The notes below the pieces were generated by a model. It was not told the origin of the DNA, searched no databases, and saw only the letters and a program-made list of their open reading frames with translations. A stretch of DNA of 64,000 bases. Source: Faecalibacterium sp. CAG:1138. GTDB taxonomy: Bacteria; Bacillota; Clostridia; Christensenellales; CAG-917. The translations under genes were made by a program, and so were the position numbers. Position 1 is the first letter of the stretch. Each line of letters begins with the position of its first letter. Shown here in pieces: positions 10,192 through 19,048 of the stretch. Location: positions 9,712 through 73,711 of the forward strand of contig HF988646.1 in the NCBI GenBank assembly GCA_000434675.1, given 5' to 3'.

Positions 10192-11070
10192 ATGATTTAT
10201 ATTGCCGGTGAAATTCTGGCCGACAGATTCGTTTTCGGCAACGATTGCACCACAAAAGTGGGTGGCGCGCCGTTCAACGCTGCCGCTTGGGCGGCAGACG
10301 GCGGCGCAAAAACGGTTTTCTACGGCGCAGTCGGTGGCGACGACGTCGGAAAAAAGGTTCTGGCCGATGCGTCAAAAACGAAAGTTCGGCTCTCGGTGGA
10401 CGTTTTGAAAGGTCATCGAACCACGGTTGCGCTTGTTTCGCTCTCCGCCGGCGGCGAGCGAAATTTCCGATTTTTGCGCGACGACACGGCCGAATTTAAG
10501 CTTTCCGTGCAAAAAATAAACATGTGCGCATTCGAAAAATGCAAAATTGCGCACTTGGGCAGTCTTATGCTCACAGAGATTGAAGGCAGGAAGTTTGCCG
10601 CCGATTTCGTCGCTTCTTCAAAAGAAAAACACAAAATCCTGTCTTTCGACTACAATTTCCGTGACGATCTGTATCCTTCGTTCGAAGCCTCGAAAGAGGT
10701 TTGCAAAAACGTCGTGGAATCGGCAGACGTTTTGAAATTTTCGGAAGATGAAATTTTGGCCTACACAAAAGCGGCCGACGTTTCGGGCGCACTGAAAGCA
10801 CTTTCCCAAAAGGACAGACTGGTGGTTGTAACCTTGGGCAAAAAGGGCAGCGCATATTCGTTCGGCGGCGAGCTCGGCTTTGTCGAAGCCGTTCCCGTTT
10901 CGGCGGTTGACACCACCGGTGCCGGCGACGCGTATATGGGGACTATGCTTGCGGGGCTTGACAAAACTGATTTCCCGGACGTGTCGATAAATGAAATTCA
11001 ATCGGTCCTCGAAGCCGCGTCCCGAAAGGGCGCCGAAGCCACCACATTTTACGGCGCGATAAAAATATGA
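10192..11070 (+). CDS. PfkB-family carbohydrate kinase (fructokinase-like)
   Basis: C-terminal DTTGAGDAYMG is the PfkB signature 2. 292 aa. Confidence 0.85.
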   Translation: MIYIAGEILADRFVFGNDCTTKVGGAPFNAAAWAADGGAKTVFYGAVGGDDVGKKVLADASKTKVRLSVDVLKGHRTTVALVSLSAGGERNFRFLRDDTAEFKLSVQKINMCAFEKCKIAHLGSLMLTEIEGRKFAADFVASSKEKHKILSFDYNFRDDLYPSFEASKEVCKNVVESADVLKFSEDEILAYTKAADVSGALKALSQKDRLVVVTLGKKGSAYSFGGELGFVEAVPVSAVDTTGAGDAYMGTMLAGLDKTDFPDVSINEIQSVLEAASRKGAEATTFYGAIKI

Positions 11071-11080
11071 AACTTTATAT

Positions 11081-11696
11081 TTTGAAAACAAAAAACGACG
11101 GATTTTTCCGTTTTATGTTGTTTGAGCAGGCAGGTGATAACAAGCAAAGCCGAGGAAGCGCTTGCATTTGTGAGGCGCGCGCAGGTATCCTTGCTCCAAA
11201 AACGGTGGCAAAGCCACGTGTTTCAAAGAAACAAAAAACGACGGAGCATTACGTTCTATGTTGTTTGAGCAGGCAGGTGATAACAAGCAAAGCCGAGGAA
11301 GCGCTTGCATTTGCGAGGCGCGCGCAGGTATCCTTGCTCCAAAAACGGTGGCGGAGCCACGAGTTTTGAAGAAATAGAAAAACGACGGAGATATCCGTTC
11401 TAGGTTGTTAGAGCAGGCAGGTGATAACAAGCAAAGCCGAGGAAGCGCTTGCATTTGCGAGGCGCGCGCAGGTATCCTTGCTCCAAAAACGGTGGCAAAG
11501 CCACGTGTTTCAAAGAAACAAAAAACGACGGAGCATTACGTTCTATGTTGTTTGAGCAGGCAGGTGATAACAAGCAAAGCCGAGGAAGCGCTTGCATTTG
11601 CGAGGCGCGCGCAGGTATCCTTGCTCCAAAAACGGTGGCGTAGCCGCGTGTTTTGAAGAAACAAAAAAACGACGGATTTTTCCGTCGTTTTGTTTT
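11081..11696. repeat. Tandem array: one partial plus four full copies of a 143/144-bp unit
   Basis: Unit starts (GAGCAGGCAGGTGATAACAAGC...) fall at 11124, 11267, 11411 and 11554. The copies are near-identical. Each unit holds a GC-rich segment, a GTGGC-AAA-GCCAC hairpin and a degenerate copy of the tRNA-Gly terminator hairpin. Confidence 0.95.
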
Positions 11697-11770
11697 TGGA
11701 GCAGGTGATGGGAATCGAACCCACAAATTCAGCTTGGGAAGCTGATGTTATGCCACTTAACTACACCTGC
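11697..11770 (-). tRNA. tRNA-Gly (anticodon CCC)
   Basis: Minus-strand sequence GCAGGTGTAGTTAAGTGGCATAACATCAGCTTCCCAAGCTGAATTTGTGGGTTCGATTCCCATCACCTGCTCCA folds by hand into a cloverleaf. The anticodon loop is TTCCCAA, the T-loop is TTCGATT, and CCA is encoded. Confidence 0.9.
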
Positions 11771-11909
11771 AAACGCAGTACTTATATTATACAATGTTTT
11801 TCAAAAAAAGCAAGCGGATTGCCGCATGGAAAAAAGCAGGACAAATGTTTTTTTAAAAATCACATGACATAATGAAATTAAACGGCGAAATAACCGCTTC
11901 GCTTTTCTG

Positions 11910-11938
11910 TTGCAAAAACGGCTCCTCGGTGGTATAAT
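11910..11938 (+). promoter_or_regulatory. Sigma-A type promoter for the membrane-protein gene
   Basis: TTGCAA, a 17-nt spacer, then TATAAT. Confidence 0.5.
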
Positions 11939-11960
11939 CGACATAGGAGCATCTGCGCAT

Positions 11961-12161
11961 ATGAACAAAATTTCAAAAACAATCTTATTTTCGTTGGCGT
12001 TTTTTCTGATGTCAAGCTTGACGGCATACGTCCTGAAATTTCTCCCCGAGCAGTCGTTTTGGTGCTATTTCGGCTCGGCAACCGCCGTTTTGGCCGGGGG
12101 GGGGGTGCTTTTATGGCCGCAAAAAACTGGCCGTGGGAGCCGTCCTTTTATGGCCGCTTAA
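11961..12161 (+). CDS. Membrane protein, 5' fragment ending shortly after a poly-G tract
   Basis: MNKISKTILFSLAFFLMSSLTAYVL is a signal/TM-like start with an AGGAG SD. The frame stops 54 nt after the G10 run. Confidence 0.4.
   Translation: MNKISKTILFSLAFFLMSSLTAYVLKFLPEQSFWCYFGSATAVLAGGGVLLWPQKTGRGSRPFMAA
12096..12105. repeat. Homopolymeric G(10) tract inside the coding sequence
   Basis: Counted directly: ggccGGGGGGGGGGtgc. Confidence 0.95.
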
Positions 12162-12669
12162 GGGCAAAGGGAAAGCCAAGCTTTCGGTGTTTTTCATAAA
12201 CGCCGTGGCAATGGGAGTGTATCTCCGTTCTTGGTATAAGCTGAGGGGGCTGGAAAATTCGCTTTGGGTACTTTTGTTGGTGGCCGTCGCCGCCGCGGCA
12301 GTTTTGACGGGGTACGCTTTGCTCATAAAAATCTGCGTTCTGCGCTTGCATTACAAGTGGTTTTTGTTGACGTTTTGCGTTTTGGGGCTTGCAGGGTACG
12401 TTACGCTTCTTATTCTTACCAAAACCGCATGGCTCTCCACCTTCGGATTTTACGGAATTTTGGTGATTGCCTTCATTTTGTCGCTTTCTGAGAAGGAAAC
12501 GAACGCCGATTCTTATTTCAATCACTTGGTTCTGGCGTCTTACAGCATAATCGTTTGCGCGGTCATAATTTTGATTATAGCCTTGGAGGGCGACTTTGAC
12601 GTGGCAGATTTCGACTTCGCGGTTGAGGCTCCCGACGCTGCCAAAAAAGAAAAGAAGCCTAAAGCGTAA
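12133..12669 (+). CDS. Polytopic membrane protein, 3' portion (GTG start or continuation of the upstream fragment)
   Basis: 178 aa with several hydrophobic spans and an acidic/lysine-rich tail. Its frame stays open back through the G tract. Confidence 0.55.
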   Translation: MGAVLLWPLKGKGKAKLSVFFINAVAMGVYLRSWYKLRGLENSLWVLLLVAVAAAAVLTGYALLIKICVLRLHYKWFLLTFCVLGLAGYVTLLILTKTAWLSTFGFYGILVIAFILSLSEKETNADSYFNHLVLASYSIIVCAVIILIIALEGDFDVADFDFAVEAPDAAKKEKKPKA

Positions 12670-12829
12670 CGACGAAATACGGCGTTTACGATTAAATTAA
12701 CGACCTTAAAAGCTGTTTTGTGTCAACAATAGCAGTCTGTTTCCCTGCCGAAAAACGGTGCGGCAATAGGTTGCTATTTTTTTTAAGCTGTGTTATAATT
12801 GAAATAAACTTTATACTATGGAGGAAATT

Positions 12830-13852
12830 ATGGAACAACGAATGAGTCTGAAAACCAAAACCGTTTTGGCCGTATGCCTGTTCTTGCTTGTGTTCGGCTC
12901 GCTTGCCGTCTGGACGGCGGTTACAGACGTCGATCTCGAAATCAGCAAAATTCTCACTAAAGACGCATTGCCGAAGGGCAAATATTTTGCAACGGCCGAC
13001 AATTTTGCCGGAAGCTTCGGTCTGTTTTTCGAAGCAGTCGGCAGCAGTCCTATCTATATGATGATAACCTTAGCCGCAACGATAATGTTCTGGTTCGTTC
13101 TGCGGCTGGAAAACGGCAAGGACACTCTCAACAAAATTCTGGCAGTCGTGCTTGCTTTCGGCGCGTTTGCGGGATTGTTCCTTTACATAAGCGACATTAT
13201 GAAATATCTCGGCGATGCGGCAAACACCGAATTCACCGATCATCTTTACGTCAAAGCGATGTCCGCGTCGGTTGCGGCGCTCATGACTGTGTGCCTGCTG
13301 TTTGCATGGAAAAACGTCAAACCTGAAAACAACAAGCAGCTTGCAAAAATGTCTGCGGTCATCGTATGCTGCGTGTTCTGCTATCTTTTGGTCAGCCTCA
13401 TAAAGACTCCTGTCGGCAGAGCCAGGTTCAGAGCCATGAACTATCTTTTTGGTGGCGACGATTTCTCGCTGTTCACCAGATGGATTAAAGCCAACGGAGC
13501 AAGGGATCTTCTCACCGAAGCGCAGGGCGTTGCCGTTCACGACAGCTGCAAGAGCTTCCCGAGCGGACATACCTACAGCGCGGCGACCGTTTACGTGTTG
13601 CTCGGTCTTCCGCACCTGTTCCCGTTCTGGAACAAAAAATTGCCGAAAACTCTTCTTTGGGTTTGCACGATAGGCTACACGGCGCTGGTTGCGATAAGCC
13701 GCATTATGGTTGGCGCGCACTATTTTTCCGACGTTCTTTTCGGCGGAACTTTCTGCTTCATCTTCGCCATCGTGTTCCGTGAGATATTCGTCTGCAAGGG
13801 CTCGCATTTCTATGCGGTGTTCCCGAAGCTGAAAAAAGCAAAAGCCGAATAA
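12830..13852 (+). CDS. PAP2-family phosphatase (membrane)
   Basis: KSFPSGHTYSAATV and SRIMVGAHYFSDVLFGG are PAP2 motifs C2 and C3. Start chosen at ATG 12830 after a GGAGG SD. TGTTATAAT at 12791-12799 is an extended -10 element. Confidence 0.85.
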   Translation: MEQRMSLKTKTVLAVCLFLLVFGSLAVWTAVTDVDLEISKILTKDALPKGKYFATADNFAGSFGLFFEAVGSSPIYMMITLAATIMFWFVLRLENGKDTLNKILAVVLAFGAFAGLFLYISDIMKYLGDAANTEFTDHLYVKAMSASVAALMTVCLLFAWKNVKPENNKQLAKMSAVIVCCVFCYLLVSLIKTPVGRARFRAMNYLFGGDDFSLFTRWIKANGARDLLTEAQGVAVHDSCKSFPSGHTYSAATVYVLLGLPHLFPFWNKKLPKTLLWVCTIGYTALVAISRIMVGAHYFSDVLFGGTFCFIFAIVFREIFVCKGSHFYAVFPKLKKAKAE

Positions 13853-13871
13853 GCTTAAACTATTTACCGAC

Positions 13872-13907
13872 AAAAAAACCACCGAATAATTTCGGTGGTT
13901 TTTTTAT
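13872..13907. terminator. Bidirectional terminator between the PAP2 gene and spoVG
   Basis: AAAAAAACCACCGAAATAATTTCGGTGGTTTTTTT. Confidence 0.75.
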
Positions 13908-13946
13908 GGGGATTATTAAAACAATGAAATTTGCTGATTTGTAATT

Positions 13947-14219
13947 TTACTCCTGCGGCGCGGCAAGCGCTTCTTTGTAGGCTGCGAGGATTTTGTTTTT
14001 CAATTCTTCGCGAATTTCCGAATTGATCGGATGCGCAATATCCTTAAATTCGCCGTCCGGAGTTTTTCGGGAAGGCATTGCGATGAAGTCGCCGTCTTGG
14101 CCTGAGATAATCTTGATGTCGTGCACTGCAAAGCAGTCGTCAATTATGATGGACGCAACGGCTTTGAGCTTGGTGTCGTCCTTTTTGATAAGTCTAATTC
14201 TGATGTCGGAAATCTTCAT
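13947..14219 (-). CDS. spoVG: Septation protein SpoVG
   Basis: MKISDIRIRLIKKDDTKLKAVASIIIDDCFAVHDIKIISGQDGDFIAMPSRKTPDGEFKDIAHPI is the canonical SpoVG sequence. Confidence 0.95.
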   Translation of the reverse strand: MKISDIRIRLIKKDDTKLKAVASIIIDDCFAVHDIKIISGQDGDFIAMPSRKTPDGEFKDIAHPINSEIREELKNKILAAYKEALAAPQE

Positions 14220-14374
14220 ACGTTAAACTCCTTTCATTTTTTAACATCTACATTTTAGCACCAAAAAATACCTCTTGCATTAAAATATTCTTAAAAACAA
14301 GACAAATCTCCCGTAAGTGTAGAAAATCGGAAGACTTTCCGCACCTACCATGCGTGCGCACAATATAATAGAGC

Positions 14375-15709
14375 ATGGCAAGGATACATTTCGTAGGCGC
14401 CGGCGGCGCAAGCATGAGCGTTTTGATGCAAATAGAAAGCGAGCTCGGACATTTGGTTACCGGGAGCGACAGAAAGGACGGCGAAAGGCTTCAAAAACTT
14501 AAAGCCGCGGGCTACGACGTTTACGTCGGGCATAATCCGGAATACGCGCGCCGCGCAGACGAAGTGGTCTTTACCGGCGCGGCAAAAATCACCGATCCCG
14601 AAATTTCGGCCGCGGCCTGGGCAAACGTAAAAACGGTCGAGCGCGGCGAGTTTCTGGCGGACGTCTGCGACAATTTCAAAAAAACCGTGGCCGTTTCCGG
14701 AACGCACGGCAAAACCACCGTAACCGCGCTTCTTTCGGAATGTTTCAAAAACGCAGGCAAAAAATTCTGCGCGCACGTCGGCGGCGAAGTGAACGGCTTT
14801 TCCGGAGGTTTTTTCTTTTCGGGCACCGACTATATGCTGACGGAAGCCTGCGAATACCGAAAAAGTTTTTTGCATCTTAAGCCTTTGGTCGCAGTCGTTT
14901 TGAACGTCGAACCCGACCACTCCGACACCTACAAAACGAAGCGTGAGCTTGAGGACGCGTTTTTTGATTTTGCAAACAAAACCTTGGCCGCGGGCGGCAC
15001 GCTGGTCGTTTCGGACGAAGTGAAAATTTCTCGTATGCAAGCTTGCGCAAGTGAAAAAGTGATGACGTACGGCTTTGAAAAAACGTCAAGCGTGTACGCC
15101 GAAAACGTCTGCGAAAAAGGCGGCTTCACCGAATTTGACGTGTGGTTCTACGGCAGGTTTTACGGCCGCGTCAAAAGCTGTCTGCACGGATTGCACAACG
15201 TTATGAATGCGCTTGCGCTGATATGTGTATGTGCGCACGAACAGATAGATAAACGTGCCGTTATGCACACTTTAACATATTTTTCAGGCGTCAAGTGCAG
15301 ATATGAACATATATGCGAAGTGCGTGGAAATATGGTCGTATCGGACTATGCGCATCACCCCACTGAAATAAGATCGGTGATTTCGGTTGCAAAAGAAACG
15401 GGGAAAAAGATAGCCGTATATTTTCAGCCGCACACCTACTCCAGAACCGCCGCGCTTTTTGACGAATTCGTTGCCGCGCTTTGTATGGCCGACGAGGTGA
15501 ATCTGGTGAAAACTTATTCGGCGAGGGAAACGGAAAGCGACGGCAAAAACGAAACCGATCTTTATCTTGCGCTTCCCGAGGGCAAACGCCGCAAGCGCTT
15601 CGACAGCGTAGAGGAGGCGGCCGAGGACATAAAAAATCTGCCCGCTTCAAGCCGTCTGGTGCTGACGGTTGGCGCGGGCGACATAACCGAAATAAAAAAA
15701 TATCTATAA
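14375..15709 (+). CDS. murC: UDP-N-acetylmuramate--L-alanine ligase
   Basis: IHFVGAGGASMS Rossmann N-terminus, P-loop VSGTHGKTT, and Mur ligase length (444 aa). Confidence 0.9.
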   Translation: MARIHFVGAGGASMSVLMQIESELGHLVTGSDRKDGERLQKLKAAGYDVYVGHNPEYARRADEVVFTGAAKITDPEISAAAWANVKTVERGEFLADVCDNFKKTVAVSGTHGKTTVTALLSECFKNAGKKFCAHVGGEVNGFSGGFFFSGTDYMLTEACEYRKSFLHLKPLVAVVLNVEPDHSDTYKTKRELEDAFFDFANKTLAAGGTLVVSDEVKISRMQACASEKVMTYGFEKTSSVYAENVCEKGGFTEFDVWFYGRFYGRVKSCLHGLHNVMNALALICVCAHEQIDKRAVMHTLTYFSGVKCRYEHICEVRGNMVVSDYAHHPTEIRSVISVAKETGKKIAVYFQPHTYSRTAALFDEFVAALCMADEVNLVKTYSARETESDGKNETDLYLALPEGKRRKRFDSVEEAAEDIKNLPASSRLVLTVGAGDITEIKKYL

Positions 15710-15739
15710 AAAATCCACCGCTTTTTGCGGTGGACAGTT

Positions 15740-16750
15740 TCAGCATTTGACGACCACTTTTTGATACGGAATTCTCGTTTCCACTTCCGCAAGCTCCTGA
15801 AACTTTCTCGGAACGTCCTCGAATTCTATTTCGACGTCCACGAGTCCGTCGGTCTTTATTGCGCGGTTTGCCAGAAGGTTGATGGCGGAATAAAACTCGC
15901 CGTAGCCGTTTTTGACGCCGATGACGGAAAGCTGTTTTTCCAGAATGTCGCAAAGGTTGAAATTGACGGTTTCGTTTTCGAGGTGATGCCCCACCACCAC
16001 GACGGTGCCCGTTTCCTTGGTTATGGCGGTGGCGTAGTTAGGGCTCATGCCGCCGCGGATTTCGTAAACGCAGTATTCGGCCATTTCGCCGCCGGTGATT
16101 TCCTTGATTCTGTCGCCGACGTTGGCGCTTGTCGGGTTGACGGTGTAGTAAACGCCGTAGCTTTGCGCAAGGTCGAGCTTGGACTGATCGGTGTCGATGA
16201 GCACTGGAACTATCTGATAATACAAAGCCAGCTGCGCAATGATGTTGCCGATTGTGTTCGCGCCCAAAATGGTGATATATTGCCCTTTTTCGACGTGCAG
16301 CGCTTCGATGACCTTGATGCCGAGGGCAATGTATTCGGTGAAAAGAGCGGCGCTGTCGGAAACGCCTTCGGGAAGAATGTAGGCCTTTTCGTGCGGAACG
16401 GTTACGAAATCGCACAGAAAACCGTCGGTGTCCAGCCCCATGATTTTGACGTCCGGAGCAAGCACTCTCTTTTTGTTATAGGTTGTGTCGGGATCCATTT
16501 CGTACGGATACAAAACGACGCGTTCGCCTTTTTGCAGGCCGGCAAGCTCGCTGCCTTCGCTGATTTGTCCCACCGCGCTCATCACGGGGACAATCGGAAA
16601 CATAGCGTTGCCCTGACCTTTGTAAAGTTCGAGATCGGTGCAGGCGAGAGCCGCCTTGTTGACCTTGACTTTAACTTCGCCCGAGTCAACCGTGCCGTCC
16701 TTTTCCACCAGACGAAATTCACCTTTTGAAACAATTTGCCAAGCTTTCAT
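15740..16750 (-). CDS. Zinc-dependent medium-chain alcohol/polyol dehydrogenase family protein
   Basis: MKAWQIVSKGEFRLVEKD...ACTDLELYKG is a GroES-like N-terminal domain, followed by the Rossmann segment ILGANTIGNI. The start was moved to ATG 16750. Confidence 0.8.
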   Translation of the reverse strand: MKAWQIVSKGEFRLVEKDGTVDSGEVKVKVNKAALACTDLELYKGQGNAMFPIVPVMSAVGQISEGSELAGLQKGERVVLYPYEMDPDTTYNKKRVLAPDVKIMGLDTDGFLCDFVTVPHEKAYILPEGVSDSAALFTEYIALGIKVIEALHVEKGQYITILGANTIGNIIAQLALYYQIVPVLIDTDQSKLDLAQSYGVYYTVNPTSANVGDRIKEITGGEMAEYCVYEIRGGMSPNYATAITKETGTVVVVGHHLENETVNFNLCDILEKQLSVIGVKNGYGEFYSAINLLANRAIKTDGLVDVEIEFEDVPRKFQELAEVETRIPYQKVVVKC

Positions 16751-16881
16751 ATAAATCCCCTTCGGCTTAAATTTCGGAACCAGTTTATTATAACACACCT
16801 TCCGCGCTTTGTAAACGGATAAACGGAAGTTCTTAAAAAAAATAAATTTGCAAAAATTTTCGGAAAACGGGGCGTTTTTTG

Positions 16882-16910
16882 TTGACTAATAGTTTATTTA
16901 TTCCTATAAT
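16882..16910 (+). promoter_or_regulatory. Sigma-A type promoter upstream of rpmE
   Basis: TTGACT, a 17-nt spacer, then TATAAT. Confidence 0.6.
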
Positions 16911-16967
16911 TAATAAGCAAAATTGTGTAACTAAGCGCGGCCTAGGGCGGCGCAAACGGAGGTAAAA

Positions 16968-17177
16968 ATGCAAGAGAAAATTCATCCGGATTATCATGAG
17001 GTTACCGTGCAATGCGCATGCGGTGCTACGTTCAAAACCGGTACCACCAAAAAAACCGACGTGATCAAAGTTGAAATCTGCAGCAACTGTCACCCGTACT
17101 TCACCGGCAAGCAGAAACTGGTTGATACCGGCGGTCGTGTTGACAAGTTCAAGAAACGTTATAATCTTGACAAATAA
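16968..17177 (+). CDS. rpmE: 50S ribosomal protein L31
   Basis: [19 protein letters not shown]...[13 protein letters not shown] is canonical L31 with a CxxC zinc motif. Confidence 0.95.
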   Translation: MQEKIHPDYHEVTVQCACGATFKTGTTKKTDVIKVEICSNCHPYFTGKQKLVDTGGRVDKFKKRYNLDK

Positions 17178-17193
17178 CTAAAAAACAACGAAG

Positions 17194-17227
17194 TGCAGAG
17201 TTTTACGCTATAACTCTGCATTTTTTG
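17194..17227 (+). terminator. Intrinsic terminator after rpmE
   Basis: Hairpin TGCAGAGTTTTACGCTATAACTCTGCA followed by TTTTTTG. Confidence 0.7.
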
Positions 17228-17248
17228 TGTTCAGAAACGGAGTAAACT

Positions 17249-19039
17249 TTGAAAAAAAACGTTGTTTCCAAAATCGGCGGGCAGGCGGTTATGGAAGGCG
17301 TCATGATGCGCGGCGAGCGTAGCATGGCAACGGCAGTCCGTAACGCTGCGGGCGAAATCACCGTCGAAAGCAAAAGGTTCAAAGATACCAAGCAAAAAAG
17401 GCTTTTTTCAAAAATACCGGTCGTGCGCGGAGTTATCAACTTCGTGCAGATGATGTACGTGGGCGTTGGCATAACCCTTCGTTCGGCGGAGGTTGCCGGC
17501 GAGGACTACGAGCCGTCCGCGTTCGAAAAAAAGCTTTCCGAAAAAACCGGCGTCGACATCATGAAGGTGGCGATGGGTTTTTCCGTGGTTTTGGGCATAC
17601 TTCTGGCGGTTGCGCTGTTCGTGGTGCTTCCGGAATTTCTGGTGGGGCTTCTTTTTAAAATCCCGGCGCTTGCCTCGTGGCCGGTGTGGGTTATGAACCT
17701 TCTGACCGGATTCGTGAGGATAGGCATTTTCGTGGCGTATATCGCAGGCTGCGCAAAGGTTCCGGAAGTTAAAAGGCTGTTTATGTATCACGGGGCGGAG
17801 CACAAAACCATCAACTGCTTCGAGCACGGCGAGGAGCTGACGGTGGAGAACGTGCAAAAGTATTCCACCAAGCACAAACGTTGCGGCACCACTTTTTTGT
17901 TTTTGGTTATGCTTGTCAGCATACTGGTTTTCAGCGTCGCAACCTACGTTCTCGGCGAAATCGGACTGGACGCAACCAAGATATGGCTCAGAACCTTGTG
18001 CAAAATCGCGCTGCTTCCGATAGTGGCGGGTTTAAGCTACGAACTTTTGAAAATTCTTGCAAAATTCGACAATCCGATATGCAACGCCATAAGGGCGCCG
18101 GGTATGTGGCTGCAAAAGCTCACCACCCGCCAGCCCGATGACGATATGGTCGAGGTTGCCATTGCGGCGTTCAGAACCGTTCAGAATATGGACGCCGACG
18201 AAACCTTCCCGACCGAAAAATTCACCATAAAGCTGCCGTACAAAACGGCGAGAGAAAAACTTGAAAAAATTCTGCCGGCGAGCGAGTTCGAAACCTCCGA
18301 CGTCGACTGGATTTTGTGCGACGTTCTGAAGGTGAAGCGCAGCGAATTGCCGCTTCAAAAATACGTTGACGAAGAACATCTGAAAAAAGCCGAAAAGCTT
18401 GCAAAGGAACGCGCGACGCATCGTCCGCTTCAGTACGTTTTGGGCTATCAGGATTTCTACGGTCAGAAAATAACCGTGTCCGAAGGCGTTCTGGTGCCTC
18501 GTCCCGAAACGGAGATTCTGGCCAAACTCACGGCCGAAATCGCCGAAAACAAGAAGGTTTTGGATCTTTGCACGGGCAGCGGAGCAATCGCCGTGGCTGT
18601 CAAAAAGCTGTGTCCTGCAGCAGACGTAACCGCGTCCGACGTAAGCGAAAAAGCTTTGGAAATTGCTTCCTACAACGCAAGCCTTAACGACGCCGAAGTC
18701 AAATTCGTGCTTTCCGACGTTTTCGCGAACGTCGTGGAAAAATACGACGTCATCGTTTCCAATCCGCCGTATATTCCGACTGCCGACATCGAAAAACTGG
18801 ACAAAGAAGTCAAGGATTTCGAGCCGAAAATCGCGCTTGACGGCGGCGCGGACGGCCTGGAATTTTATCGTGAAATCGCAAAAGGCGTCAAGGAGCATTT
18901 AACCGACGGCGGCACCTTGCTTCTGGAGTTCGGAATCGGGCAGGAAAACGCCCTCACGGACATATTCAAAGAGGTTTTTTCCGACGTTCGGACGGTCAGG
19001 GACTTTCAGGACGTTCCTCGCATACTCATCTTGAAATAG
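17249..19039 (+). CDS. prmC: Fusion protein: DUF1385 (YqhQ-like membrane domain) plus release-factor glutamine N5-methyltransferase PrmC
   Basis: The N-terminal ~310 aa carries IGGQAVMEGVMMRG and GAEHKTINCFE (DUF1385). The C-terminal ~280 aa carries LDLCTGSGAIAV and VSNPPYIP (HemK/PrmC). It is a single uninterrupted frame with a TTG start, followed by prfA. Confidence 0.85.
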   Translation: MKKNVVSKIGGQAVMEGVMMRGERSMATAVRNAAGEITVESKRFKDTKQKRLFSKIPVVRGVINFVQMMYVGVGITLRSAEVAGEDYEPSAFEKKLSEKTGVDIMKVAMGFSVVLGILLAVALFVVLPEFLVGLLFKIPALASWPVWVMNLLTGFVRIGIFVAYIAGCAKVPEVKRLFMYHGAEHKTINCFEHGEELTVENVQKYSTKHKRCGTTFLFLVMLVSILVFSVATYVLGEIGLDATKIWLRTLCKIALLPIVAGLSYELLKILAKFDNPICNAIRAPGMWLQKLTTRQPDDDMVEVAIAAFRTVQNMDADETFPTEKFTIKLPYKTAREKLEKILPASEFETSDVDWILCDVLKVKRSELPLQKYVDEEHLKKAEKLAKERATHRPLQYVLGYQDFYGQKITVSEGVLVPRPETEILAKLTAEIAENKKVLDLCTGSGAIAVAVKKLCPAADVTASDVSEKALEIASYNASLNDAEVKFVLSDVFANVVEKYDVIVSNPPYIPTADIEKLDKEVKDFEPKIALDGGADGLEFYREIAKGVKEHLTDGGTLLLEFGIGQENALTDIFKEVFSDVRTVRDFQDVPRILILK

Positions 19040-19048
19040 GAGAATTTT

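Noticed and set aside
11081-11696. CRISPR array or extra tRNA genes
   Set aside because: The whole 143-bp period is repeated near-identically, so there are no unique spacers. Hand-folding found no D-arm or T-loop (no GTTCGAATC-like box), so the units are not functional tRNAs.
11067-11726. Several 60-113-aa ORFs on both strands across the 143-bp repeat array (e.g. 11113-11454 minus, 11400-11726 minus, 11067-11369 plus)
   Set aside because: Their sequences simply re-read the same repeat unit in different frames. They lack SD sequences, and one runs into the antisense of the tRNA. They are artefacts of the tandem repeat.
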